In this document: positions 43,939 to 54,735 of the stretch, one piece after another | Position numbering within the stretch: position 1 is the stretch's first letter | Layout: each line of letters starts with the position of its first letter | Translations under genes and position numbers: made by a program | Source: an uncultured Nitrososphaerota archaeon | GTDB lineage: Archaea; Thermoproteota; Nitrososphaeria; Nitrososphaerales; CADDZS01 | Reading direction: 5' to 3' | Assembly (NCBI GenBank): GCA_963799845.1 | Contig: CAWCYI010000004.1 | Coordinates: 1,120,001 to 1,184,000 of the forward strand | DNA length: 64,000 nucleotides | The notes under the pieces: model-generated | What the model was told of the DNA's origin: nothing | Database searches by the model: none | Seen by the model: only the letters and a program-made list of their open reading frames with translations

Positions 43939-44379
43939 ATGGTATCCGCTCGTGATCATCTCTACGACTCTTTTCTAGATCAGCTTTCCAAATTTCGCGA
44001 CGACGAATGGCACCTAGTATTGTTCGAAGGCTCACCGACCGAAAACTCGTACTCGTGGTGTGCCGACTGCGTGTTTGCCCAGGATGGAGTTAAGAAATTC
44101 AAATCAACTTACGACGGGCCTGTGTACTTTCTCCAGTTTAAAGTCGGATCAAGAGAAGAGTGGTCGTCAGACAGTCCTTTCAAAATTCGATTCCCCTACC
44201 TCACTGACCTTCCAACTGCTGTCCTGTTTCGCGGCCAGATAGATGCAATGCGGGTCATAGCGGTCGAGCAAAAAGATCTCCTCTATCTCTGCGAGCGATC
44301 TCAGGAGTATGAGCAGCAGATCAGGTCCGGCGCGTGGAGTCCGCCGAAGATCCGCAGAGTACAACTGGCCCAGAGTTGA
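43939..44379 (+). CDS. Thioredoxin-fold protein, TRP14/TXNDC17 (DUF953)-like
   Basis: 'LFEGS....SWCADC', 'VGSREEW...SPF', 'LPT'. Confidence 0.7.
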   Translation: MVSARDHLYDSFLDQLSKFRDDEWHLVLFEGSPTENSYSWCADCVFAQDGVKKFKSTYDGPVYFLQFKVGSREEWSSDSPFKIRFPYLTDLPTAVLFRGQIDAMRVIAVEQKDLLYLCERSQEYEQQIRSGAWSPPKIRRVQLAQS

Positions 44380-44599
44380 ACAACGCTATCGGCCTACGGT
44401 ATATTCGACTTTAATATCCATCCAGAGATCTGTACCGCGGATCCATCTCTTGGCAGACTCTGGAGACCTTCAGACCCTCATCACCCTTGCTCTCGTGGTA
44501 GACGCTTTCATCATGGGCGCGATGTGGCAGCTGACTCAGCGATCCCCGGCGGAGACGAAACATCTTGAAAAGAGTTTCAGCGAGCCATTGACTCTTGCC

Positions 44600-45502
44600 C
44601 TAAACCGCGGGATAATTCTCCAGCCACCACCGCGCGATCTCGTCGCGTCGGGCAAACCACACTTTAGGAAATGACTTTGCGTACGTGATGAATTTTTGCA
44701 GAGCGACGATCCGGCCCGGCTTGCTTGAAATCCGAACGTGTGTCCCAATCGACATCATCTTCGGATTCACTTCGCCCTCGGCATAGAGGACATCAAAACT
44801 GTCCTTCAGATACTGGAAGAAGCTCTCCGAGGTGTTGAACTTTCCCATCCAGTAGTGAAAGTCGTTACAGTCAGAAGTATACGGTACAACGAGGTGCTTT
44901 TTAGATCCTACACGCACGTAATACGGGATTTCGTCGTTGTACACGTCCGAGTCATAGATGAACCCTCCTTCTTCTACAAGAAGTCGTCGAACGTTCGCTC
45001 CCGGCTCGCGGCAGTACCAGCCGACCGGTCGTGTTCCAGTGAGGCGCTCGATTGTTTCCACAGCTTTCCTAATGTCTTCCTTGGATTCTTCCTCGTTCCA
45101 CCGGAAGTTGTCGTACCAACGGTATCCGTGAGAACAGATTTCGTGGCCTCGTTTCACAATCTCTCTCGCTCCCTCGGGGTTTGCCTCAAGCGCTTCTCCG
45201 CAGGCGTAAAACGTCACTTTGATCTCTTCGCGATCAAAGAGATCAAGCATTCGCCAGATTCCTACACGACTCCCGTACTCGAATACTGATTCCAGCCCTA
45301 AATCCCGGATCGGAAGATCGATGGGAGGAAAGTCTCCGAACTGCTCGGGCATCTTGTCTCCCTTCAAGACGGAGTTTTCGGCGCCTTCTTCGAAATTCAC
45401 AACCAGTTGCACGGCAATCCGAGCGTTGTTCAGCCAGACAACCTTGGGAGGATTTTTCCCATAGCCGATGAAATCGCGTTCCAAATTTTCAGGAATTTTC
45501 AA
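44600..45502 (-). CDS. puuE: PuuE-type allantoinase / polysaccharide deacetylase family protein
   Basis: 'RDFIGYG..PP.V.W...ARIAVQ.VVNFEEG.E', 'FEYGSRVG.WR', 'HGYRW'. Confidence 0.85.
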   Translation of the reverse strand: MKIPENLERDFIGYGKNPPKVVWLNNARIAVQLVVNFEEGAENSVLKGDKMPEQFGDFPPIDLPIRDLGLESVFEYGSRVGIWRMLDLFDREEIKVTFYACGEALEANPEGAREIVKRGHEICSHGYRWYDNFRWNEEESKEDIRKAVETIERLTGTRPVGWYCREPGANVRRLLVEEGGFIYDSDVYNDEIPYYVRVGSKKHLVVPYTSDCNDFHYWMGKFNTSESFFQYLKDSFDVLYAEGEVNPKMMSIGTHVRISSKPGRIVALQKFITYAKSFPKVWFARRDEIARWWLENYPAV

Positions 45503-45633
45503 AATCTCTCATCTCTAAAATTTCCTGACCGGTGCAACATCATCATTCGATTGAATCCAAAGGTTACACACTTCTTCCCCAACTCTCGCAAATTTTCTTA
45601 AACATGATTAAGGTGTTGAGCAGTGGCAACATA

Positions 45634-46752
45634 TTAACGAACCATTCCCCGCGCCAAGACTGGAAGACTCTTCTTGACCCTGCCACGCCTCGCATAATAC
45701 ATCATGTCGTGAAGATTCACGCAGGTGCACACGTGGAATGGAACAAATTCGAATTTCCTTCCGATCTGGAACTCGCTTCTCGCCATTTCATCTTCGAGTC
45801 TTAACTTACCGTGCTCCTCGGAGAAGCCAGTGAATTTTGCATGCAACTTTTCGTAATTCTTCAGATTTGGATATTCAGTTTGATCATAGTCAAAGGTCTT
45901 CAGACCCCCGTCTATCACTGCGCGAGATTCTTCCGGTCTACTTATCACAGAGCAGATGACTGACAGGGCCACGTTATTCATAGAAACGAGTCCACTACGA
46001 ACGTGCTCCCAATCGTAGAAGATGTACTCCCCGGGAGTAATTTCTGTTACGTCAGGATAAGTCGCGGAAATCTTCGCGGAAGGAGTTCCTCCGACGATGA
46101 CGTTTTCAACTTCCAGCCCAGCTTTTCGGATGTTATTCTTCGCATCGGAGACCTTGCCCATAGCTTCTTCCACCTGCCGAGCCCACTCTCCCCGCGGGCC
46201 CCCGCCCACATATCCCTCGTATCCCATTATCCCTTTGAAAGCAAGACCTTTCGAGCTCGAAACCAGGGAAGCAAGTTTCCCAGCTTCGTCGGGTCGAACC
46301 CCGCAGCGGTGCATGCCGCAATCGATGTCAACTAAACAATTTAGTTCGACCCCGGAATCTTTCGCCGCATTGGATAAATTCTGTACGCCGACGCTACTAT
46401 CAACGCAGATCGACATTGCGGCTTCCTCGGAAAGCTCGGCGAACAGCTTCAGCTTCTCCGGATCTACGACTTCATTGCTGACGAAGACGTTTCTAACTCC
46501 GTTATCGACCATCACTTTGGCTTCGCTAACTTTTTGCGTGCAGATTCCAACAGCACCAAGCTCCATCTGCCGCAAAGCGAGCTCCGGAGTCTTGTGCGTC
46601 TTTGAGTGAGGTCGCAATTTGACACCCATATGCTTGCAGAAATCCGCCATGTCGAGCAGATTTTTCTCCATCTGATCTAAATCGATCACGACGGATGGCG
46701 TCCCTAGATCCCATACTGACATTCCCAGGACGGCAGGAGTTTCGAGAGTCAT
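45634..46752 (-). CDS. DSD1-family PLP enzyme (D-serine dehydratase/D-threonine aldolase-like)
   Basis: 'LRPHSKTHKT', 'RCGV', 'GYEG', 'PGEYIFYD', 'SEEHG', 'PFHVC'. Confidence 0.9.
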   Translation of the reverse strand: MTLETPAVLGMSVWDLGTPSVVIDLDQMEKNLLDMADFCKHMGVKLRPHSKTHKTPELALRQMELGAVGICTQKVSEAKVMVDNGVRNVFVSNEVVDPEKLKLFAELSEEAAMSICVDSSVGVQNLSNAAKDSGVELNCLVDIDCGMHRCGVRPDEAGKLASLVSSSKGLAFKGIMGYEGYVGGGPRGEWARQVEEAMGKVSDAKNNIRKAGLEVENVIVGGTPSAKISATYPDVTEITPGEYIFYDWEHVRSGLVSMNNVALSVICSVISRPEESRAVIDGGLKTFDYDQTEYPNLKNYEKLHAKFTGFSEEHGKLRLEDEMARSEFQIGRKFEFVPFHVCTCVNLHDMMYYARRGRVKKSLPVLARGMVR

Positions 46753-47134
46753 TTCTTTTCGATAGATTGCGCTGGAAATGATAAATGGTTTCTGTTTTAC
46801 GCTATGCTGAAATTGACAAAACATACCTTCAAATCGACGTGATTTGGATCATCTACAATTTCAGATATTCGCAAATCTCCAACGAGGCTACAAGGGAGTA
46901 GCCCCCTTCCGGATGTTTCGCGTCCGCCTAATTTTCTATCATGCCTCCTTTACAATCCGGGAGTCTTGTAAAGATCTTCTGAGATAATTTCGAATTACAG
47001 AGTGGCCGTTAAGCCTCGATCTCCGAACTCTTCGTAAAATTCCCTTGGCCAAACTCGATTTGCCCTACATTTTATAATATCCTCGTGCAACCTCCCGAAA
47101 AGCATAATATGCACTGACAAATTTCCGGACTCTC

Positions 47135-48766
47135 GTGCAGTCACCAAAGTACTTTGTTAGAGACGCTACCGGCCTAGTTAGAGAATTCGGATCAATCGAT
47201 GTATTGCTTTTCGCATCTTGCATGGTTTTCGCGCTAGTGTACACCACGACTCAGTTTGCGTGGTTTTATGGGAATACTCAGGGAGCCAATATGCCTGGTT
47301 CGTTACTAGTGGCTGCAATACCCTTCATATTTTTGATGCTCACTTACTGGGTGATCGGGCTTGTGATGCCCCGGACCGGCTCAGATTACGTTTGGGTCAG
47401 TAGGATATTTACTCCGTCCGTTGGTTTCGTTTGGTCTCTGTTTTACATCCTGATGGTCTTTCTCGTGGGCTTCGTCGGTGAAAGCGTTTCGTTCTCCTAT
47501 GCATTTTCTATTACGCTGACGACTGGCGGGCTGATAAGCGGCTCGAGTGCATTAACAAATGCAGGCAATTTCCTTGGCTCGGGAAATGGCACTTTCCTTC
47601 TAGCCGTCGCATTAACTATTATTTTTGCAGCGTTCGCGATCTTTGGGGCTAGATTCATCAAAGGATTATTGTACGTTTCTTGGGCTGCGGCGATCGTTGG
47701 AATCGGTCTTATGTGGTATATTCTCGGGTCGGTCGGCAACGGAGCCTTCATTAGCCACTGGAACACTTTGCTCAGCAGTTTAGGAACTAGCGCGACTTAC
47801 TCCGCAGTCCAGAGTGCAGCTGCGTCCAACGGAGCACCGTCTAGTCTAACAGGATTGAGTGGAATTATTATCGCGCTTCCACTCGCGGCTCTGTTTCTTT
47901 TTGGGTCAAATAACGTCAACGCTTTTGCGGGCGAAATGAAAAACATCAAGAAAGCTATTCCAATCGCACTTTTCTTGTCATTAGCCCTTGGAATAGTCTA
48001 TTGGGCGGTTACATCTAGTTTGACTTTGAATACTATAGGGGCTAGCTGGATCCAGCAAGTGGGGTACGGCTGGAACAACGCCGCTTCCAATCCGCATGCT
48101 TATACATTGCCATTCGCGCCCTCCCAGCCGCTGTTTCTTGCTGTGGCTGCTTATCCGAACACCGCTCTGATTTATGTAATGTTCTTCACCTACCTTCTTG
48201 GTTCTATCGCTCCACTCTTTACATTCTTCTGGATACCGAGCAAGTACATTTTCGCCTGGTCTTTTGACAGAGTTGTGCCGACGAAATTCTCTGACACGTC
48301 GCAGAGATTCGGAACGCCGTACGTTTCGATCATAGGAATGGTGGTAATTGCAATCGGACTGGTAATCCCCTACGCATACTACGGTTGGTCAAGTACTTTT
48401 ACTGTGGGAAGCGTGCTCTGGGGGATTGCCCTGATCATTCCAGGACTAGCTCTAATGGTATTTCCGTTTGTCAAGAAGGATATGTTCAAGTTATCCCCTG
48501 GATTCACTTCCAAGAAGATCGGGGGACTACCCATTGTTTCAATATTTGGCGCATTGACTGCCATTGGATTCGGTTATCTGGGTTACATCGCTCTCAACAA
48601 CAGCCTTTACGGTAACGGTGCGGTCGGTGTTTTCGACACGTTCACATACGAGCTCGTTGCGGCCATCATAATCATTGGATTTGTAATCTACGCAACCTCG
48701 TACTACTATCACAAGTCCCGCGGCATGAACATCAGCATGGCTTTCACCGAGATACCGCCAGAGTAA
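47135..48766 (+). CDS. APC family amino acid permease
   Basis: 'FVRDATGLVRE', 'MPRTGSDYVWVSR', 'FAWSFDR', C-terminal 'EIPPE'. Confidence 0.92.
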   Translation: MQSPKYFVRDATGLVREFGSIDVLLFASCMVFALVYTTTQFAWFYGNTQGANMPGSLLVAAIPFIFLMLTYWVIGLVMPRTGSDYVWVSRIFTPSVGFVWSLFYILMVFLVGFVGESVSFSYAFSITLTTGGLISGSSALTNAGNFLGSGNGTFLLAVALTIIFAAFAIFGARFIKGLLYVSWAAAIVGIGLMWYILGSVGNGAFISHWNTLLSSLGTSATYSAVQSAAASNGAPSSLTGLSGIIIALPLAALFLFGSNNVNAFAGEMKNIKKAIPIALFLSLALGIVYWAVTSSLTLNTIGASWIQQVGYGWNNAASNPHAYTLPFAPSQPLFLAVAAYPNTALIYVMFFTYLLGSIAPLFTFFWIPSKYIFAWSFDRVVPTKFSDTSQRFGTPYVSIIGMVVIAIGLVIPYAYYGWSSTFTVGSVLWGIALIIPGLALMVFPFVKKDMFKLSPGFTSKKIGGLPIVSIFGALTAIGFGYLGYIALNNSLYGNGAVGVFDTFTYELVAAIIIIGFVIYATSYYYHKSRGMNISMAFTEIPPE

Positions 48767-48899
48767 TGTGCCGAATTGCAAATTTAATGATGTGGGCCTA
48801 ATTTGCAATAAAGTACAACTAGGAAGAACAAAAAGGAATCGACGCGGGCACTCACCGTATTAAATTCTGCCTTTCGATTTCAATGACCTTCCGGCAAGA

Positions 48900-49705
48900 T
48901 CAGACCTCAATTTTGGAAGCCAGCGACTCGCCCCATTGCGCGAACAGCCCTCCGTCGATCAAGAATGGCGTCCCGGTAATGAATGAGGATCGATCTGTGG
49001 CAAGGAACAAAACGAGCTCCGCGACTTCCTCTGGCTTGCCGATTCTACCCATCGGATAGATCTTATCGTAAGCTTTCCTCGTTCTTGCAGGATCTTTGTT
49101 CGCCCGAATTCCTTGGCCTGCATCGCCGTATCGATTGAACCAGGGCAAATGCAGTTTACCCTGATATTATATTGTGCGAGATCGAGGGCAGACGCCTTCG
49201 TGAGACCGATCACTCCGTGCTTAGAAGCGGCATATGCGGCGGACTCGAGTGCGCCGGCGACTCCGAGGCTTGAAGAAGTGTTGACGATCACCCCGCGCGT
49301 CTTCTTCAAATGAGGGACGGAATACTTTGTGCCCAAAAACGCCCCGCGAAGATTCACGGCAATTATGTGATCCCACGTTTCTGTGGGAGTTTTTTCGACC
49401 GATGTCCACTCATAGATGCCAGCGTTGTTGAAAACAACATCAAGTTTTTCGAATTCATCTAGAGCGAACCCTATCATGTTTTTGACATCGTTTTCGTTAC
49501 TGACATCAGTTTTCACGAAGCCGGATCTGCCGATCCCGAAATTCTTGGCAATCAGGTAGGATGTCTTTCTTCCTCCCTCTACGGAGACATCTGCCACAAC
49601 GACCTTCGCCCCTTCTTTTGCGAATAATAGAGCGGTGGCTCTGCCGATACCGGAGCCGGCACCTGTAACGATAGCGACTTTTCCTTCAAACTGAGGCGAG
49701 TTCAT
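48900..49705 (-). CDS. Short-chain dehydrogenase/reductase, frameshifted near 49110
   Basis: [17 protein letters not shown]. The tail '[12 protein letters not shown]...IDGG' is in ORF 48900-49148. Confidence 0.9.
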
Positions 49706-49818
49706 GACTTGGACGCATAGGAAATGCTCTTCTGTTATTGTTTTTGCGAGGTCGAATGAATCTGGCCCTGATTCTCAGAACGATTGCGACGCTACCCGAT
49801 TATCTAGAATTAATGCGC

Positions 49819-50613
49819 TCACTTTAGAGAATCAATATCGATCTTTTCAAATTCTTTCGCGAATTCTGCATAGTAATCGGCGAATTGCTCGATCAGTTTG
49901 TTTCCCGCGTCAACTAGCTTTGGCAACTCGTCCTGTTTCACGTAGGGAGGAGTTGAAAGATCAATCTCCCACGCATCCACCGGGATTGTCACAGTGCCGC
50001 CGCGAAACTTGAAGTTCGTGAATACGACCGGCGTGATCTTTTCTCCCAGAATTTTCTTTGTCGGATTTGTCCCCCACTCGCCTCTGTGGGTTACCTCCCT
50101 GAGGTCAGCATTTTCCTTGCCGTGGATCGCTACGCCTATCGACATTTCTTGCAGATAATCGGTGTCCCGTGGATAGAGACCTAGATCATTTGCGGTTGTC
50201 CACCACTCCAAAATTGCAACGAGCATTCCGAGCTTGCGAACATTGCGGCCGGCGCGGGTAAGTGCTTCGCGATTTCCGCCGTGCCCGTTAATGAAAACTA
50301 CTTTTCTGACTCCGTTCTTTCGAAGGCTTGTCAAAATGTCAGTATAGTATAGTTCGAGCACGTTGGGGCTAATTCCAATAGAACCCGGATAGTTTGCCAT
50401 CTTGTCGTCTTCACCATAGGCGACGACAGGTAGAATCAACATGCCAGTTCTCTTTCCGACCTCGTCAGCCAACCTCTCCGGGGCTGTAGCATCAATTCCG
50501 ATCGGGGTCGGACCGTGTGCGTGCAAGGTTCCGGTAGGTACTATAACGGTGTCTGATCTCTTGAATGCCTCCTCCGCCTCTTTCCAAGACATGTCGGACA
50601 GCTTGTACTTCAT
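49819..50613 (-). CDS. Creatininase family amidohydrolase
   Basis: 'VPTGTLHAHGP', 'INGHGGN'. Confidence 0.88.
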   Translation of the reverse strand: MKYKLSDMSWKEAEEAFKRSDTVIVPTGTLHAHGPTPIGIDATAPERLADEVGKRTGMLILPVVAYGEDDKMANYPGSIGISPNVLELYYTDILTSLRKNGVRKVVFINGHGGNREALTRAGRNVRKLGMLVAILEWWTTANDLGLYPRDTDYLQEMSIGVAIHGKENADLREVTHRGEWGTNPTKKILGEKITPVVFTNFKFRGGTVTIPVDAWEIDLSTPPYVKQDELPKLVDAGNKLIEQFADYYAEFAKEFEKIDIDSLK

Positions 50614-50752
50614 TTAGTTCATGAGCAGTAAAAATGAGTCATTTATTCATTGTTCCTTGAAACAATCTCGGATTTCAAAAACGAAAAGTGATGATTAATT
50701 TCGGCTAAATATTCGGAGAGCTATTAATATGCCCATTATGATTTAACTGAGC

Positions 50753-51604
50753 TTGACCTTGAAGAAAGCATTCGTCTCGGTAGATATGGAAGGTCTGCCG
50801 CACATAACATCAAACGAACACATGTCTCCAGGAAAGCATCTCTACGATGAAGCTCGCTCTATCATGACCGAGTGCGTTCTGGCAATGACAGATGAGCTTC
50901 ACAAATCTGGATTCGAAAGGGTCGTAGTGGCAGACAGTCACGGCCCGAAAGTAAATCTGATACCAGAGAAAATGCAACCATTCGTTGATGTAGTGCGAGG
51001 AAATCCTCGCTCAATTTCGATGGTTGCGGGTGGTAGGGGGTGCGATGTGGCACTTTTTCTCGGATACCACGCGAAACCTGGCACGCCCTTTTCTACTTTC
51101 GATCATACAATTGATGATAGGATTATTCGAACCTTGAAGTACAATGGAGAAGAATCCAGCGAGTTTTACATGAATGCGGCGACTCTTGGAGAGCAGGGAG
51201 TTCCAATCGTCATGGTCGCAGGCGACAGTACTCTATTGGAAGATGATGTAGCTAAGTATGCTCCTTGGGCAGTACGCGTGCCTCTCAAGAAAAGTTTGGG
51301 GCGCTATGCGGGAATTTCTCCATCCATGCCAGAGTGCCTTGACGCAATTCGGAGAGGCGTAAAGGAGTCCGTCTCCGGTTTCAATGCGGGCAAAATGCAG
51401 CCTCTCAGATTAGAAAATCCCGTCGAACTGGAAATCTATTTTACAAACTCTGATTACGCTCACATTGCCTCTCACCTCCCCGGATCGAAGATGATAGGCG
51501 GCTGGGGCATAAGTTACACAGCACAGACGATGGAAGAAGCCTATCGTGTGACTCAGCTGCTTGTCTTTGCGGCAAGCGGCGTAAAATCAAGCGTTGGCGA
51601 GTGA
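50753..51604 (+). CDS. M55 family D-aminopeptidase (Bacillus DppA-like)
   Basis: 'SVDMEG', 'ADSHG', 'GYHA', 'DHT', 'MVAGD'. Confidence 0.92.
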   Translation: MTLKKAFVSVDMEGLPHITSNEHMSPGKHLYDEARSIMTECVLAMTDELHKSGFERVVVADSHGPKVNLIPEKMQPFVDVVRGNPRSISMVAGGRGCDVALFLGYHAKPGTPFSTFDHTIDDRIIRTLKYNGEESSEFYMNAATLGEQGVPIVMVAGDSTLLEDDVAKYAPWAVRVPLKKSLGRYAGISPSMPECLDAIRRGVKESVSGFNAGKMQPLRLENPVELEIYFTNSDYAHIASHLPGSKMIGGWGISYTAQTMEEAYRVTQLLVFAASGVKSSVGE

Positions 51605-51620
51605 GAAATTTTCGCTATGA

Positions 51621-52664
51621 TCATGCTTCGATGATTGTTGGTTGTTTCACCGCTTTATTCCGGAAGCTGTCCGCAAAGTGGCAGGCGGACCAGTGTCCGG
51701 AGTATATCTCGACCAGCTCGGGTTCGGTAGTCTTACACACGTCTTCGGCATAGGGACAGCGCGGATGAAACCTGCAACCACTTGGAACCCGTACTGCGCT
51801 CGGGACCTCGCCTTTGACCTGCTCTTCTGAAGCCATTTTCTTGTCAGGGTCGGGCTGCGGTACTGATGAGATTAGTGCCAAAGTGTATGGGTGTAGCGAG
51901 CCTTCGAGAACGTCTCGCACTCTGCCGATTTCAACGATCTTTCCGCTGTACATGACAGCCATCCTTTCTGCCATGTATTTCACGACGTTTACGTTGTGGC
52001 TGATGAAAAGATAGCTCAGTTTTCTTTCTTCCTGGATTCGACGGAGCAGATTGAGGATCTGGGTCTGGATGGATGAATCAAGAGCGCTCGTGGGCTCGTC
52101 CAGAACGATGAACTGCGGATTTACAATTAGGGCACGCGCGATCGCTATCCTCTGACGCTGGCCGCCGCTAAACTCGTGGGGGAATCGCATCATGCTGTCC
52201 TCTGACAGACCCACGGATGCCAGAGTATCCTTCAAGACTACATTGATGTCAGAATCTTTTTTCGACTCCTTGAACGCGAGGAGAGGCTCCAGCACGATGT
52301 CTTTCAAACGCTGGCGGGGGTCAAGAGAAGACATCGGATTTTGGAACACGATTTGCATGTTCCGCCTTATCTTTCGCAACTCCTCGCCTTTCAGTTTTGT
52401 AATGTCCTTGCCATTGAACAATACCTGGCCGGCCGTCGGACGCTGGAGCATTAATATCGTTCGCCCGAGCGTGGTTTTGCCCGAGCCTGACTCACCGACG
52501 AGACCGAGTGTTTCGTTTCGATTGACGGCGAACGAGACGTTATCTACTGCTCTGACCCAGAGTTTTTCTCTCTGCATCACCCGATCAGTAATACCGCTGC
52601 GCACGCGGTAGTATTTCTTCAGAGCCTTTGCTTCGACAATACGCTGGTCATTCGTGACTTCCAT
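51621..52664 (-). CDS. oppF: Peptide ABC transporter ATP-binding protein
   Basis: GESGSGKT, FSGGQRQR, VLDEPT. Confidence 0.95.
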   Translation of the reverse strand: MEVTNDQRIVEAKALKKYYRVRSGITDRVMQREKLWVRAVDNVSFAVNRNETLGLVGESGSGKTTLGRTILMLQRPTAGQVLFNGKDITKLKGEELRKIRRNMQIVFQNPMSSLDPRQRLKDIVLEPLLAFKESKKDSDINVVLKDTLASVGLSEDSMMRFPHEFSGGQRQRIAIARALIVNPQFIVLDEPTSALDSSIQTQILNLLRRIQEERKLSYLFISHNVNVVKYMAERMAVMYSGKIVEIGRVRDVLEGSLHPYTLALISSVPQPDPDKKMASEEQVKGEVPSAVRVPSGCRFHPRCPYAEDVCKTTEPELVEIYSGHWSACHFADSFRNKAVKQPTIIEA

Positions 52665-52673
52665 GAATAACGC

Positions 52674-53813
52674 CTAACTGGTGGACTGCGAAGTTGACGG
52701 GGATCTCAGAAAACATGCGACCTTGTGCCCGGGCCGGACCTCCTCAAGTTTTGGGAGCTCAACGCTGCATCTGTTGAACGCATACTTGCACCGTGGATGG
52801 AATTTGCACCCTTCGGGCAGGTACTTCAGGTTGGGAACGTCACCTCTTATCGCTTCCATCTTTCCCTCGTCCTTGTAGTTATGCGAGAACGATTTCAGTA
52901 GGCCTTCGGTATAGGGATGTAGACTGGAATGGAACATCTCGTGGACGCTTGCCTGTTCTACAATTTCGCCCGCATACATGACGATGACCTGATCCGCGAT
53001 CTGGGCCGCCACGGCTAAATCATGCGTGATGAAGAGAATGGACGTCCCGATCTCTTCCCGGAGCTCGCGCATAAGGAAAAGCACTTGTGCCTGGGTCGTA
53101 ACGTCGAGCGCCGAAGTCGGCTCGTCCGCTATCATGACTGCAGGTTTCTCCACGAGAGCTTCCGCTATCATAACACGCTGAGCCATCCCGCCGCTGAGCT
53201 CGTGGGGGTACTTGTCGATCACGCGTTCAGGGTCGCTGATGTGGACTCTTCTCAGGGCGTCTATCGCCTGTTCCGAGAACTTTTTTCTCCCTCCCATAGA
53301 GGCGCCAGATCCGACCATCCTTTCTCCGAGCCCCGGAGGAGCGTGGCTGCCCACAGGCCCACTGCTTTCAAAAGGCCCATGATATCCGACTCGGCGCTTT
53401 TTTCTTTTTTCTCTGATTTCGATAGCTTCATTCAATTGCTGGCCGACCGTGTATACTGGATCGAGCGAGGTCATCGGCTCCTGAAAAATCATCGATATAC
53501 CGGTACCGCGAAGCTCGACAATTTCCGATTCCTTAAGTTTCAAAATATCCTTCCCTTGAAAAACGATCTCTCCACGAGAGATTTCTGCGGGAGGTTTTTG
53601 CAGAAGTCCTATGATTGAATATCCAAGCGTGCTCTTGCCACATCCGGATTCGCCGACGATAGCTATAATCGTCGATCGTGGGACATCCAGATTGATGTTG
53701 GAAAGGGCAAGGACATCTCGGTTGAACGTTTTGTACTTGACCGCGAGGTTTCTGATGTTCAGAACGTCTTCCGAATTCTTCTGATCTACGACAGAAAGTT
53801 CTTCATTGCTCAA
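52674..53813 (-). CDS. oppD: Peptide ABC transporter ATP-binding protein
   Basis: GESGCGKS, LSGGMAQR, IADEPT. Confidence 0.95.
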   Translation of the reverse strand: MSNEELSVVDQKNSEDVLNIRNLAVKYKTFNRDVLALSNINLDVPRSTIIAIVGESGCGKSTLGYSIIGLLQKPPAEISRGEIVFQGKDILKLKESEIVELRGTGISMIFQEPMTSLDPVYTVGQQLNEAIEIREKRKKRRVGYHGPFESSGPVGSHAPPGLGERMVGSGASMGGRKKFSEQAIDALRRVHISDPERVIDKYPHELSGGMAQRVMIAEALVEKPAVMIADEPTSALDVTTQAQVLFLMRELREEIGTSILFITHDLAVAAQIADQVIVMYAGEIVEQASVHEMFHSSLHPYTEGLLKSFSHNYKDEGKMEAIRGDVPNLKYLPEGCKFHPRCKYAFNRCSVELPKLEEVRPGHKVACFLRSPSTSQSTS

Positions 53814-53816
53814 TGT

Positions 53817-54728
53817 CTAGCTGAACAAGCCCCTGACCCTTGGGTCTAGCGCGTCTCTCAAGCCGTCACCAAAGAGACTGAAACCGATTGCCACTATGAG
53901 GATGGTAAGTGCAGGCGCGATGGCATACCAAGGCGCGCTCCTCAGGTACTGCTCTCCCTGCGAGGACAGCAGTCCCCATTCCGGGATTGGAGGCTGTGCC
54001 CCCAGACCGATGAAACTGAGGACCGAGAAAACGAGGATTACATTCCCCAGATCAAGAGTGGCATAAACGATTAGTGTCGGCAGAATATTAGGAATGATGT
54101 GTTTTAGAATAATGTATCTGTTCTTTTGGCCCGCGGCGGTTGACGCTTCGACGAACTGCTGCGATTTCAGGGTGAGCGTTTCGCCCCTGGCGAGTCTCGT
54201 GTAGCTCGGCCACCAGACCGGTGCCAGTGCGAGGATTGTGTTAGGAATGCTGGGGCCGAGAGACGCAACGATCGCGAGTGCGAGCACGAGTCCTGGAAAA
54301 GCAAGGAAAATGTCCGTGATGCGCATAATCACTTCTTCCAGCACTCCTCCGACAAATCCAGCGAGGCCACCGATCAGCATACCTAGTACCACAGCAGATC
54401 CAACCACTGAAAACGCAACCTCGGCGTCGATTGGAAAAGCGGCGAGGATTCTAGTCAACAAGTCCCTTCCAAGGTCATCGGTGCCGAGGAGATGGTGAAG
54501 GGACGGAGGCTGCAGAATGGTGGAAGGAGAAATGGCATAGGGATTAAACGGAAGAATCGCATTGTTGGACAACCACACCGCGAGCGCGATGATTATGAAA
54601 ACAATCGAAATAACGCCGCCGATTAGAGTTATGTAACTGGAGCGAAATATCCTCCAAGAAATGATGACCTCTTGCGTGTCGAATGGCAATCTTCTCGCCC
54701 GCTTTGGAGCTTCAATGGTTTCTGTCAA
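53817..54728 (-). CDS. oppC: Peptide ABC transporter permease
   Basis: 'GTDDLGRD', 'FSLFGDGLRDALDP'. Confidence 0.95.
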   Translation of the reverse strand: MTETIEAPKRARRLPFDTQEVIISWRIFRSSYITLIGGVISIVFIIIALAVWLSNNAILPFNPYAISPSTILQPPSLHHLLGTDDLGRDLLTRILAAFPIDAEVAFSVVGSAVVLGMLIGGLAGFVGGVLEEVIMRITDIFLAFPGLVLALAIVASLGPSIPNTILALAPVWWPSYTRLARGETLTLKSQQFVEASTAAGQKNRYIILKHIIPNILPTLIVYATLDLGNVILVFSVLSFIGLGAQPPIPEWGLLSSQGEQYLRSAPWYAIAPALTILIVAIGFSLFGDGLRDALDPRVRGLFS

Positions 54729-54735
54729 GATGAGC

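Noticed and set aside
44738-45289. Long antisense ORFs (also 53022-53618, 46097-46609, 61434-61910)
   Set aside because: They are shadow frames of well-supported genes on the opposite strand and have no motifs.
48775-48809. 10-bp inverted repeat ATTGCAAATT/AATTTGCAAT between convergent genes
   Set aside because: Possibly a terminator or binding site, but it is AT-rich, short and single, so it is not supportable as a feature.
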